Notes: generated by a model not told the origin, from the sequence alone. Positions 13,811-28,145 are shown, counted from the stretch's first letter. The stretch: 64,000 nt of DNA from Mobula hypostoma (GCF_963921235.1 NC_086097.1:38318001-38382000); one strand, 5' to 3'. Program-made: numbers and translations.

Positions 13811-16800
13811 ATTTCATACACTGCATTTATTTTCCATTGAACATGACCATAAATAGCAAAAAAAGCAATTGATGTGTAAACACATGATCGTCTATTCAAC
13901 TAGATTACTACGGTAAGCGTGTGTAGGGGGAAAGAGGGTGAGAAGGAAAGAGGTGGCAGCGATTTACCTGTGAAGCAAAACTGACAAACATTCAAGAGAA
14001 TGGAACTAACCAGATTGTTACTTGAAAAAGAAATGGCAGCCATGAAGGATCGAATAGCTGTCATCTATGCTGCACTATCACAACACATCAATGTCTGTCT
14101 TCCTCATTTCAGAAGAAATGTTGCATTGGAGATGGTGATCCTTCCTATCTCTTAACTACTCCACTGTTTAACATCTCCTCACCAGATTGCTTGCAACTTT
14201 ATTGTCCTTTCTTTCCTTCACTGGGCATTATACCATATGTTGACTTTGTAACTGTCTCTTTCCGTGTAATGTCAGTAAACCTTCCTATGCTTCACTGTTC
14301 TGCTCAGGTATATACTGTATCTTTGCCTAAGTTTACCGCCTTGACTTGGCTCTTCCAATGACCAATTTTCCTTGTTCAACACTACACCTTAAGGTCAACC
14401 AAAACTTTGCCACGTTAAAGGAAATCTCCACCAAATCCATTTCAGTTCATTCTGAGATACTGTCTGATTGCCCTCGGCTGTCTCTTGCTATCACGTAGAG
14501 TGAACTGAATTGGCTGAACAAGATGCTGAATAGATCAAGTTTTAGCATTCGCATGCTGGAATAAAGAATGTTCCCTCCTCTCATTAGCTGTATAATTGCA
14601 CACAGTATTCACGAGACGTGGTGGTGTCATAACCGATTAACTGGACTCTGGCGGCTCTCACATGTTTGTCGCTCACAGTTTATTTACTTGCGCACAAGGA
14701 GAACAGATCAATCTCTTGTCACTGAACTGCTCGGGAATTACAGTTCAAAATTTCCATTTATGTACAGCTAGTGATCCAGCAGAAACTTTGTCCACTTCTG
14801 AATCTCTTCATTTGCATATTTAAGTACCAATCAAATGTTAATAACCAATTAAATCTGTATTAAAAGCCAATAATATTTAAGAATTAACAAAAAAAACTGT
14901 CTAATAATAAATGCCGTAGAATCCTTTCTTTGCATCTTTATCTTGCCCTGGTCTTCTTGGTGACCTTGGGTCCAGGGTTGAACACAAAAGACTGAACAAA
15001 GGGGAGTTAGGCTTTTAGGGACCATGTTCAGTCAAAATGACAGCACTGTTTGCACATTGTCTCTGCCAGTTTATCCTCCACACCTTTGTGACCTCCCACA
15101 GGAGAATCCCAAAACTGGCTGCGAGATTATATGCTGTTTTTGGTGCTTGGCCTGCAAGAAGTCTTGTAGGTTCAGTAGGCTGGCATCTCATTATTTTTAA
15201 ATAGTTGCTGATCCCAACATGTCGCTCTTCACTCTTCATTGAACCACTGACTTGATAGAAGAGTGAAGGATATGTTGAGCTGTGAATTACAGATTGTGAT
15301 GATCTGGCTTTCTGAAGCTGATAGTCCATGTAAACGCATGCTCAGTTTTGAGCAGCCAGAGATGTTGTGGATCAGTCCTATTTACGATCATTAGAGTGCC
15401 TCACAGCACCTTGGTGAATGTCCTTCGGGTGAAGATTTTATCTCCAGAAGGGGTTTGTGGTGTTCATTCTACCAATGCTATCATAGAGTGATGCGTTTTT
15501 CACAGGTAGATTGGTGAGGATGAGATCAAGCAGTTTTATCTCATTCAGTCCTCATCACAGATGTACTCTGGCAACTATTTCCTTAGAGCTCAGCTGAATC
15601 AGCCAGTGTTGGTAATTCCAAGCTATGGTTATTGGTGGACATCGAACTTGCCTAACCAAAATACTTCCAGTGTTTTGCCCAAATGTTGTTCGGTATAGAT
15701 TGTTGCTTCTCTATCAGTCCACCCTGAAGCTTCATGTTAAGAACACCAAAGAATGCTTTCTCCTGCCTGCACACCCATGTGCTGCCATCTGTTGCTGGCA
15801 CAACCATCCTGGCAGCCACAGGCAAGGCCTAGGGTTTGTGATGGAGGAGTCCCACACGTTGTCTACAAGGTGTAATTCTGTCAAGATGACCACATAAGGA
15901 TGTTGCTTAACTAGACCCTGGGTCAGGTCTCCCTATGTGGAAGCCAATGTCCAATCGTAACCTTTCGACTACCTTCTACGCAATCTACAACACCACCAAC
16001 TTGCATGTCATCTGCAAACTTACTAACCTACCCTTCACCCAACAACACAGCAAAATGGTTTCCAAGAGGGAGAGGTTGGCCAGCTTAGGCCTTCGTTCCT
16101 TGGAACATAAGGGGTAACCTCATAGAAGTGTTTCCAATTATGAGAGGCATGGATAAGATGATGATAGATAGAGGATGGTAACTTGGAGTCCAAAACTAGA
16201 TGACAAAAGTTTAGGTTGAGAGTGGAAACATTTAAATAGGAGCTGAAGGGCAACGTTTTAAGAAACATTTAGATAGATAATGGCAGAATGAGGCTTAGAG
16301 GAATTTGGGCCAAAAAGAGGAAATTAGGCCTATCTGGGTGGGCACCATGGTTAGCATGGGCCAGGGATTGTCCCAGGCATCTAGCAGTCATCTTTTGATA
16401 ATAGACACCCTGTCATGCCTTTAAATTGAATTTGCAGCAACAAGTCATATATCTATTGGAATAATATGTGGTTTTTTTTGGTTTTGTTAGAGTACTTGGC
16501 TTTTTATTTTTTTCTTTCCCTGATTAACTCATTAACTTTAATGCCTGAGACACGATCTCTATTGCTCTGGTTTATTTCTTTTACAAAAGTGTCAGAACCA
16601 TTTCTCATGAGACCTGCCCTATTTACCAGTTTAAATTCCTAATTGTTGTACTGTTTATCCTTCCTGCCATGTCCCTGTCCCAAATGGGTTCAGGTAGCAC
16701 CCATCCCAGTGGAGCAGTTCCTTTCAGTCTCACTGTACCAATAAATTGGAAAGCCTCTTTCCCAATCACTCATGCTGCATTTACTACCCTTCTGTACTTT

Positions 16801-17187
16801 TTGCCCAATCTTTCTTGTTCTTTTTGTGTACGGGGGAGGGAGATTTGGGACTCAATGTGCCTGTTCTGTTTTTGTTGATTTTTTTTCTGTGTGAGAAGAA
16901 GGAATTTGGATATTGATGATCATGCTGCCGTTGTATTCTTTCTTAGTTTCGTGGCTTTATGCAGAAGGAAAATTTCAGAGTTGTATACTTTGATAATAAA
17001 TGAATCTTTGAACTTTATTTTCTTCACCAACTTGCATATGTCTAGGGTAATAATGCTAACTTTATAATCCTTAAGTTTGTAACATTTAATTTGATAACTA
17101 ACATTCCGTAGTCACTAAAGAAGACATCTTCCTTGCTCTTGTGTTATAAGATTCATTTTAAAAGAAAAGAAACAAAAATTTCAGAGG

Positions 17188-17375
17188 AACAAACTCAAAA
17201 TGCTGGAGGAGCTCAGCAGGCCTGGCGACACCTATGGAAAAGAGTATACTCGATGTTTCATGCCAAGAAACATCGACTCTACTTGTTTCCATAGATGCTG
17301 CCTGGCCTTCTGAGTTCCTCCAGCATTTTGTGTGTGTTGCTTGGATTTCTAGCATCTGCAGATTTTCTCTTCTTT
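17188..17375. repeat. Penelope-derived fold-back (palindromic) short element, older copy
   Basis: caaaatgctggaggagctcagcagg...cttctgagttcctccagcattttg inverted arms plus one-sided tail atttctagcatctgcaga. Confidence 0.8.
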
Positions 17376-17443
17376 GAGAATTTCAGCGGCTAGGGTTTGA
17401 AACTAAAGGCTTAATGCCAGTGGTGGTCCACTGATGGAGATAG

Positions 17444-17689
<246 letters not shown>

Positions 17690-18849
17690 TAGTTTCTTAA
17701 TAATAATCATAGAATTTTGCATTAATTATGTTTGTGTGTGTAAAATATAGTATGTGTGGACACAAATTAAGTAATTGCCAACCACAACAGAGATTGTTTC
17801 TGTGTTGTGCACTGTTAATAAGCAGAATACGTTATCTTTTTTTTGCTAATTTTTGGTTTCAGATGTACTCTATTTAGCTTACAAGGTACTGCAACTTATA
17901 CCCAAACATGAAGATGGTTTCTCTTGCAGAAGTGCAGAAATCCTAAGACCGTTCTGTCTTTTGCACTTAAGCTTGCGTTTTAACTAGAGCTGTTGTTTTG
18001 CTTGGGGTTTCCAGTTTATTTTTGATTTTGATGTTCATCTCTTCCCTTTTCACACAGCTGCTATTCCATTTTGTTTTATCATAGACCTTTCAGCCTGCCA
18101 CAACCTCATACAAATCCCAAGCATTTCTTCTTTAGAAACGACACTGGTACCAAGCTGTATCGGTGCTTGCCCTTCCCTTGGACAACATCAGTGACGTGGA
18201 GAGGGGGAACCCACTGCATGGGCAACAGCCAGTCCTTCAAATCTTCCTGCTCAGTCTTGCGCCCTGGAGAGGACACAGTCCACCAGAGGCTCAAAAACCC
18301 ATGATCCCCTGGGATTGATGGCTGCCTACATTTAGTTCTTCTGGGACTGTACCCAACACTGAAGAGGTCATTGTCCTTGCATGTTGATGGAAAATTCATG
18401 TCTGCTACAATTCTGCTGGCTCATTTGGATTTTATAACCAGATTTTAAGTCATTTTTCTTAATTTTACAGCCCTCGGGTGCAGTATAGTTCTAATTATTC
18501 TTGCTAGTTCCATGGCTTCCTTAACAAGATGCTCAGGACTTCAGATTTATAGTCAAATGCTCTGTTCTTTAATTGATGACTCAATGTTCATTCCTATCTG
18601 CACTGATGGAGTTAAATATGTATGTATTGAATTTCATTGCAATCATAAGTCATATAAGTTTCATTACTAGTAGTGGGTGTTACATCAGATTCCCTAACAA
18701 AAGATCAGGTGAAATCTTGGATTTATGATTGCTGTAGGTGAAAAAAAACTGAATTATAAACATAGCTCTCTTTTCTAAATGTACCCCTTTAATCTATAGG
18801 TGATCCCTTGTTTTCTTTTAATGTTATGAATTCTTTTCACCTGCAATAG

Positions 18850-18996
<147 letters not shown>

Positions 18997-19201
18997 TAAA
19001 TGTCATTTTATTGAGAGAACGCATGTGGCAAGGTTTTTAATTTAACATGTCGCATTGATTGATTGTTGTCAGGTTTGTGTGGCCATAAGTATGTACGTGC
19101 TACCTGAGTGAATTGAAGCAGGAGGGCCAAACTCATTTGAAAGGCTGTTAACAGGATGGAGAAAACTGTCTAGGAAAAAGTCTGATCTGACTTCTCTGTA
19201 A

Positions 19202-19459
<258 letters not shown>

Positions 19460-21164
19460 TAGAAGCTACAGCGTCCTCAGGACTCGCACCACCAGGTTCA
19501 AGAACAGTTACTACCCCTTAACCATCAGGCTCTTGAACAAAAAGTGATAGCTACACACATTTAAGGACTCTGTAATGTAGTTATTTCATGCTTGTTATTT
19601 ATTACTATATATTTATATTTGCACTTGCACAGTTGTTCACGGTTTACAGTTACTATTCTATAGATTTGCTAAGTATGCCTGCAGAAAAAGAATCTCAGGT
19701 TTGTATGTAGTGACGTGTATGTACTCCGATAATAAGTTTGACTTTAACTTTGGAATAGGACAGCGCAGTGGAAGTGTTTCACTATGAATTATTTCTCCCA
19801 GCTATATTGTATCGAATTAGTGTAATGAATTGCTTGTTAATAGGAACTAATCAGTTTATTACAGGATTGATTACTTGGTCTTATATTGGAATTGCTGCAG
19901 TGTTGACATTTAGAGGAACATCGTGGTTTTCTTCCTTGGAAGAGTATAGATAATCTTGAGGCAATATAAAGTTGAATGGTTTAGAATTGTGTTAGTCCTG
20001 ACCTTCCCCCCATGGGAGCTTTTCGATTGGTAAATAAGCAATCCTAATAAAGCAGACTGAACATTGCTTTCAATGTTAAAGTTAATATAAAAGTTCTTAA
20101 GGCAGGTGGGTTGTGGCCTGATCTGCTGAATATTTGAAAAACTTTCTGCTTGTGTTCTGGTTTTTCGTTATCTCCATATTTTGCCTTTTGTTTTCATGAA
20201 ATGTGTTCTTTGACTAGCAAGGATACAAGGCTATATTGTAATTTTTAAAGTTATGCAAAATCTACCGCTCTCACCTCATGACTGCCAAACTAATCTTCCT
20301 CTGCTTGTCTAAGTTTTTTTTTTCTCTCATCTCATCCTATCTGTTACATTAAATATGCTCCGACATGAGAGGTCTTTATTCCATACCATAGTGATTTTTG
20401 CTATTAAAACTTTTAAAGTTAACATTTCAAATGCAAAATATGAATCAGATAGGTTTTTTCCCAATTATTGGGGATCTAAATCTGGATCTGCAATTTTCCT
20501 AAATCTGATTTTTATGACCCATCAAGTTTAATGTCAAACTGAGTGGAAGGATGGCACCTGAAATTGAAATATTTTTTATGTTACTGCTCTGATAAAGTTA
20601 TTTCTGATTTCAATTTCACAGGCATTCCTGATATTGTATGTGTGGTCCAACAGAGTAATAATTAATTTTCATTACTGTCAAACATCTGTAAATATTTTGT
20701 ACACAGTTGTGAAATGAATCCAGGTTTACTTCACACTGTAAATTCAGTTTGTATGAGCCGCTCCGTTGGTCAGGACCGACCATGGATGTTGCATGCTGGT
20801 TACCCATGTTCGACACGCAAGCCAGGGCAGTATGATACTGACAGCAAGTTGTTCCCGAGCAGCAGGCTGCTGGTGAATCCAAGGAAGCAGCAGAGACCCA
20901 TTCGGTTTGTAATGATACATGTTAATACCTTTTCAATGACTGATTCTTCTGGGGTCACATGCTAATTCTTATTAAATTCACCTCTGATTAATGATAACTG
21001 CAACACTGTCCTAATGACCAAGGTGTCTGTGTAGTATTAAGTTATATGTATGTGATAATTCCAAATTCTGTTTTCAGTTTGTACTGAATTTCCTGAACGG
21101 AACATGTTCGGCCTTTCTTTATGATAAGGAAATGGAAATGGAGTTCCTACTATGACCTCTGAAG

Positions 21165-21980
21165 TGTATGAAAATGTCCAAGGTGGAAGGATATACTTCC
21201 GCCATCTTCTACAGGATCCAACCGCCAAACACATACTTACCTCACCACCCCACCACCCCACCCCCCCGTTCACACCTGCTACTGTCTGCTTTCCGTGATT
21301 CCCTTCTCTATTCGTTCCTCCCCATTAACCTCCCACCTGTCAGTTATCTCTACAGGTGCAGGCTACACCTGCCCATTCATTTTTTCCCTTACCTCCATTC
21401 AGGCCTCACTTCCTTCAAGTTAAGGAAAGGCTTCACCTGCCAAACTGCTGGGGTCCTCGACTGTGTCCGGTGTTCCTGATGTGGCCTCCTCTGCGTAGGT
21501 GAGACCTGACATAGATTGGGGGACCCCTCTGTTGAGCGCCTTTGCTCCGTCTGCAATAAGCAGGATTTCCCACTGGCCAATTCGTTTCTCCACTCCACTT
21601 CAGACATGTCATTTCATGGCCTCCTCGACTGCCACACTGAGGCCACTTTCAGGTTAGAGGAGCAGTACCTCATATTCCATCTGGATAGCCTCCAACCTGA
21701 TGGCATGAGCATCAACTTCTCTAACCTCCAGTAATTTTCCCCTTCCCCTTCCCTCACTCTGGCTCCCCTTTTACCTCTTCCCTTCTCCTCACCTGCCTGT
21801 CACCTCCTCCTGGTGCCCCTCCTCCTTCCCTTTCTCCTATGGTCCACTTGCCTCACCTATCAGATTCCTTCTTCTTCAGCTCTTCACCTTTTCCACCTAT
21901 CACCTCCCAGCTTCTCACTTACCCCACCCACTCGGCTTTACCTATCACCTTCTAGCTTGTGCTTGCCATTCCCCACTTTT
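21165..21980 (+). mobile_element. Penelope-like element 3' part (GIY-YIG remnant plus pyrimidine-rich region)
   Basis: Decayed FTC...GV..CVRCS.CGLL.VGET..RLGD...E.L motif; its terminus resumes at about 25690-25800. Confidence 0.8.
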
Positions 21981-23367
21981 TTTTAAGTTTACCTTTTTCT
22001 TACTGTGTCAGGGGTACTTAGTGTAGTTTAAGTGGCCACTGTGTGTTCTTCATGCTGGATACTGGAGTCCTGGGAGACCCAGAGTCTCCCAGGGAACTAC
22101 ATCTGCATGAAGCACATCCAGCTGCAGCTCCTTGAAGACCGTGTTAGGGATCTGGAGCAGCAGCTGGACGACCTTCAGCTTATACAGGAGATAGATCATC
22201 AATCAAAGTTACAGGGAAGTAGCCATCCCTAAATTGCAGGAGGCAGGTAGCTGGGTGACTATCAGGAGAAGAAATGGGAAGGTGAATAGGCAGTTAGCGT
22301 AGAGAGCTGTTGTGGGAGATGACCTCCCAGGTGAATGCAATGGAGACCTGGTTACTGGCACTGAACATGGGTCTGTGGTGCAGAGGGAAAGTGGGGAATG
22401 GTAGTGATAGGGGACTCAATAGTCAGAGGAAGAGACAGGAGATTATGTGGACATGAATAGGACACCCGGATGGTAAGTTGCATCGCAGGTACCAGGGTCA
22501 GGGATGTCTTGGATCATGTCCATGTTGGTACCAATGACATAGGAAGGAAAAGCAAAGAAGTCCTGAGAGAGAATTTAGAGAGCTAGGTAGAAAGCTGAGA
22601 AGCAGACCTCCAGGGTAGCGATTTCTGGATTGCTACCTGCGCCACTCACCAGTGAGGGTAGAAACAGGATTATTTGGCAGATAAACGTGTGGCTGAGAAG
22701 CTGGTGCAGGGGGGCAGGGCTTCATATTCTTGGATCATTGGGATCTCTTCTGGGGGAGGTATGACCTGTTCAAAAGGGATGGTTTGCACCTGAACCCGAG
22801 AGGGAACCAATATTCTGGCGGGCAGGTTTGTAAGAGCTGTTGGGGAGAGTTTAAGCTAATTTGGCAGGGGGATTGGAACCAGAATGATGAGACTCAGGAA
22901 AGACAGAAGGTTTAAAAAAAAAAGCAAAGATAGCATGCAGTCTGACTGTCAGGAAGGGCAGGCAGATGGCAGGACAAAATTGCAGCCCATAGGGTAAGTA
23001 TCAGTATATTAGGGATGCAGAATCAAAAAGGGTAGCAAATACAGTACTCAAAGTGTTATATCTCAATGCACGGAGTATAAGAAATAAGGTGGATAATCTT
23101 GTTGCTCTATTACAGATGTCAGGTATGATGTTGTCGCCATCACTGAATTGTGGCTGAAGGATGGTTGTAGTTGGGAGCTAAATGTCTGAGGTTACACATT
23201 GTATCGGAGGGATGGGAAGGTAGGCAGAGGGGGTGGTGTGGCTCTACTGGTAAAGAATAGCATCAAATCATCAGAAAGATGTGACATAAGATCGGAAGAT
23301 GTTGAATCCTTGTGAGTTGAGTTAAGAAACTGCAAGAGTAAAAGGACTATCATGGCAGTTATATAGG

Positions 23368-24195
23368 TTTCAAAAGGTACACTTACAGTCAGAAAAATGT
23401 ATAGAATATACATCCTGAAATTCTTTTTCTTTGCAAACATCCACAAAAGCAGAGGAGTGCCCCAAAGAATGAATGACAGTTAAATGTTAGAACCCCAAAG
23501 CCCCCCCAGCTCCCCCTCCCATGCATAATCTGCAGCAAAGCAGTGACCCCCCCCCCCGCACCAGCAAAAAAGCATCGGCACCCCCCACCAAGCACTGAAG
23601 CGTGCAGCAAAGCATCAATAAAAACACAGACTTGCAGTACCCCAAAGACTACTCGTTCACCCAGGAATTCGACATACCACAGGCTCTCTCTCTCTCCCTA
23701 ATAAGGGAAAAAGAGATGTCCCCGTTTCACAGCAAGAGGGGGAGACATAACAACCACTCGCTGATTTACGATGTTAAAAGTCTGCTGCGTCACTTTTTCC
23801 GAACTCTGTGCCCAAAGGACTCAGTTCTCTGGGCACGTACCTAGCTGCAAGTTCGCTGCTTCCGATCTTCCGTGTACTCCCACGACATATCAGTCGGCGG
23901 CACCAGCCTTGGATCAGCCTGTCTCCAGAGCCACGAAAATCTGACAGCCTGAAGGCGCACCAGTCTTCCAGGCTGCTTCCTTGGAATATCGAAAAGCGGC
24001 CGGTCGTGAGGCCCTGAGAGCAGGTCACTTTTCTGCAAAGAACTGAAGTCAGCATGTAACTCCAGGCCAGGGTCTTCAAAAGAACCTTGAAAGGGTAAAA
24101 AAAGAGATATCAAAGATAGGAATAGAGCTGTTTCGGAAGATGCAAGCGAAGGAGTTGTCGTTCAGCGCCATCATCCTAAGCTCCTCCCCTACGTC
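23368..24195 (-). mobile_element. Unclassified, apparently non-coding retroposon (about 830 bp) inserted in the CR1 endonuclease region
   Basis: Splits the CR1 sequence ggcagttatata|..gcctcc.aacag; GC-rich 5' end and tttgaa-type tail on - strand; related ends at about 16790-17015 (+) and 29420 (-). Confidence 0.55.
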
Positions 24196-24359
24196 CCTAA
24201 GCCTCCAAACAGTAGCTGGGATGTGGACTACAGACTACAATGGGAAATAGAAAAGGCATGTCAAAAGGACAATGTTATGATAGTCAGGAGAGATTTTAAC
24301 ATGCAAGTAGATTGGGAAAATCGGGTTTGTAATGGACCTCAAGAGAGTGAGTTTGTTAA

Positions 24360-25457
24360 ATTCTCTCTGTAATTGGATCCTCGACTTCCTAACCGGAAGG
24401 CCACAGTCTGTGCGGATTGGTGATAACATATTCTTCTCGCTGACGATCAATACTGGCGCACCTCAGGGGTGTGTGCTTAGCCCACTGCTCTGCTCTCTGT
24501 ATACACGTGACTGTGTGGCTAAGCATAGCTCAAATACCATCTACAGATTTGCTGACGATACAACCATTGTTGGTAGAATCTCAGGTGGTGACGAGAGGGC
24601 ATACAGGAGAGAGATATGCCAACTAATGGAATGGTGCCACAGCAACAACCTGGTACTCAACGTCAGTAAGACGAAAGAGCTGATTGTGGACTTCAGGAAG
24701 AGTAAGACGAGGGAACACATATCAATCCTCATAGAGGGATCAGAAGTGGAGAGAGTGAGCAGCTTCAAGTTCCTGGGTGTCAAGATCTCTGAGGATCTAA
24801 CCTGGTCCCAACATATCGATGTAGTTATAAAGAAGGCAAGACAGCGGCTCTATTTTGTTAGGAATTTGAAGCGATTTGGCGTGTCAACAAATACACTCAA
24901 AAACTTCTATAGTTGTACTGTGGAGAGCATTCTGACAGGCTGCATCACTGTCTGGTATGGAGGGGCTACTGCACAGGACCTAAAGAAGCTGCAAAAGGTT
25001 GTAAATCTAGTCCGCTCCATCTTGGGCACTAGCCTACAAAGTACCCCGGACATCTTTTGGGAGCGATGTCTCAGAAAGGCAGCATCCATTACTAAAGACC
25101 TCCAGCACCCAGGGCATGCCCTTTTCTCAATTTTACCATCAGGTAGGAGATACCAAGGCCTGAGGGCACACACTCAGCAATTCAGGAACAGCTTCTTCCC
25201 CTCTGTCATCCGATTTCTGAATGGACTTTGAAGCTTTGGACACTACCTCACTTGCTTTAATATACAGTATTTCTGTTTTTGCACATATTTTAATAATCTA
25301 TCCAATATACTTAATTGATTTACTTGTTTATTTATTATGTTTTATTTATTATTATTTTTCTGTCTCTGCTAGATTTCGTGTTGCACTGAACTGCTGCTGC
25401 TAAGTTAACAGATTTCACGTCACATGCCGGTGATAATAAACCTGATTCTGATTCTGA
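24360..25457 (+). mobile_element. Rex1/Babar LINE, 5'-truncated, RT C-terminal frame still open
   Basis: 299-aa ORF with [30 protein letters not shown]; tail aataaacctgattctgattctga. Confidence 0.92.
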
Positions 25458-26174
25458 GAAGGCTTGTTAGAGCAGTTTGTCATTGAGCGTACTAGGATAT
25501 CAGTTATACTGGATTGAGTGTTATGTAATGAACTGGAGGCAATTAGAGAGCGTAAGGTAAAACAACCTTTAGGAGACAGTGATCACAACATAATTGAGTT
25601 TAACTTAAAACTAACCAGCCATGATTGAATGGCGGAGCGGACTCGATGGGCCAAATGGCCCAGTTCTGTTCCTACGTCTTATGGTCATTGTATTCTAGCT
25701 TCTTGCCTCTTCTTTTCCAGTTCAGTGAGTGGTCTGGGCCTGAAATGTTGACTGTTTATTCCTTCCCATCGGTGACCTGCTGGGTTTCTCCAGCATTTTG
25801 CATGAATTGCCCTAGAAGGGCATGGAGATGATTCTGATACACACTATGTTTGAATAAGCAGCTAAGTTTAAGATTCCTGGATTATTTCCAATGTATGATT
25901 GTCAGCCAGAGTTCTAGAGGGGAGAAAGGCATCACTGTTGTTCCTTTGTACTTGAAATTTTCACTGTTAACTTTGTTCAAATCAAGATTAACTTCATGAT
26001 TTTGTTGCAGTATTTGCTTTGAATTAATAACTTGCACAATGTTCAACCCCTATGCTCAATTTAGTTAACTAAGCAATGTTGATTTCAAGACTACCTAAAA
26101 ATTATAAATTTATCGGTAAAAAGCACTGTTTATTTGAAAATTATATGGTAAAAGTATTTCTTTTGTCTGCTTAG

Positions 26175-26324
<150 letters not shown>

Positions 26325-26455
26325 TAATTCGATTCAACATATTGCCAAGAGCCATTTAATGTGTTCAGATTAACTCCTTTTATCCTTTTATCAAATGTAC
26401 AGTAATTCCCTTTTCTACCCCTGTATAACTGAAATGCATCATTCCAGTTAATGTA

Positions 26456-26678
26456 ACACACATCAAAGTTGCTGGTGAATGCAGCAGGCCAGGCAGCATC
26501 TCTAGGAAGAGGTACAGTCGACGTTTCGGGCCGAGATCCTGACGAAGGGTCTCGGCCCGAAACGTCGACTGTACCTCTTCCTAGAGATGCTGCCTGGCCT
26601 GCTGCATTCACCAGCAACTTTGATGTGTGTTGCTTGAAGTTCCAGCATCTGCAGAATTCCTCGTGTTTACGTTTTTAA
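26456..26678. repeat. Penelope-derived fold-back element, 82-bp arms, 15-bp TSD
   Basis: Arms 26455-26536 and 26550-26631; TSD attccagttaaYgta at 26441-26455 and 26679-26693. Confidence 0.9.
26537..26570 (+). ncRNA. Hammerhead core with truncated stem I
   Basis: TC CTGACGA A GGGT-CTCG-GCCC GAAACGTC GACT; only 2 bp of stem I remain. Confidence 0.5.
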
Positions 26679-27315
26679 ATTCCAGTTAACGTATCTTGTT
26701 TTGAACTTCCTGCACCTTATTATGTAAGACAAAGAATATTTTCTTGCTGAACCATCTGGTGCTCTCAAAACTTGACCATTTAACGAGAAAATATTCACCT
26801 TTTCTTTAAGCTGTTTGAATAATTTTCTCTGTTTGAATAATTCAGTGAAGACTGACACCAATAGAGTGCCAGAGTATACAGATGAAACATGAAAATGAGA
26901 TTCAAACCTCATGTTCTTGTGAATTTTAAGCGTAAAAGGATTTTCTAAGATCTAGCTCACAGCCATACCTTGAATTAAGTGCTATAAAACTCCATTAATA
27001 TGGCATAATCAGGACTTTGGTGGCAGACTGGTAGACAATTGAGTTTTATTCCTATTTAGTGCACCAATAGACTTTTAATTCACTTTTTATTAGGCATTAC
27101 AAGAGATATGCTTTTTAAGGGAATCCTATGCATTTTGGGGGAAGCACAAGACACAATCTGACTAGTGTCAGGGGAGCTTGAGACACACACTCCAGTGAGT
27201 TTTAGGGGAGCATGAGACCTGGGTCCCAGCAAGTCTCAAGGAAGGGCACGACACAGTTTATTGGGTTTATGCTGTAGCTAGTCAGTTTCTTCAGTGCTAC
27301 TTGGAGAGACCATTC

Positions 27316-28145
27316 TGCATTCTACGGTTAATTGGGAAGCCACTTATTTGGAACAACTCTTAAAGAACAAAAAAAATTAAGAAAATAGCTGGGATTCCCT
27401 TGATTTAATTGGGATATTTTGCCGCTTAATTGAGACAAGAGCTTGTTGCTGAACATTTTCGAATTAGCGTTAGTCATGTGCACTTTGTGTGGCCGTTAAG
27501 CACTGCACAGTGCTAAGGTGAACAGTTTTTAAATAGCATCACTTGTGTGTATTTGTGTTCAATAAGTAGTGATTTTTGTCACTGACAGTTGGCGAGTAAT
27601 AAGCAGTAAGACAATTCAGAACTGCTTTGCTCACTGTGGTTTCAAGCATTCAGGCTTGGAAATGTCAAAAATGGCCAGGAGTGAACATGAAACAATTTCA
27701 CTACTTCAGCGAATTAGGAACTATGAAGAATTTGAAAGTATCAACAACCATCCTGAGCGTTACAATGAAAATGAAGATTTGGAGGATGCAATCATTTGAT
27801 AGCATTGTTTGAAGGCAGTCGGTATTTGCACTTGATGTCTGCACTGATTTCATTCATTTACCATCAGTGAGAAGAACACAGCAGTGTACACTGGATTAAT
27901 TCCTGTGTCGATAACTATTAGGAGTTAATACACGTTTTATAGTACTGTAGTATTATTAGTCATCATCTAATTTGTTCTGTATCTCATTTAAATACGTGAT
28001 CTGTGGCTCAGTTAAACAGCAGTTTGTCTTTTTTTTTAATACCCTTTTAATTATTTCCATGAAACTGCAGTTAATTGGGGCACAAGTTCAATTTGGTCAA
28101 TATTGACTGGTCCCAGTGTGCCCTAATTAGCTGGAAGCGACTGTA
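27316..28145 (+). mobile_element. Tigger/pogo-like DNA transposon remnant
   Basis: SWRVISSKTIQNCFAHCGF resembles the pogo/Tigger C-terminal W...TI.NCF..GF motif; ends ...gactg|ta. Confidence 0.7.

Larger units (their letters stand above)
21985..25690 (+). mobile_element. CR1 LINE (ORF1 Zn/zipper plus SGNH esterase, endonuclease start, short 3' end) with nested insertions
   Basis: CSSC..YICMK..LQLLEDRVRDLEQQLDDL, DGLHLNPRG and YLNARSIRNK remnants. Confidence 0.85.

Noticed and set aside
24332..25231. 299-aa ORF as a domesticated gene
   Set aside because: 5'-truncated Rex1 whose ATG comes from flanking CR1; an open frame is expected for a young copy.
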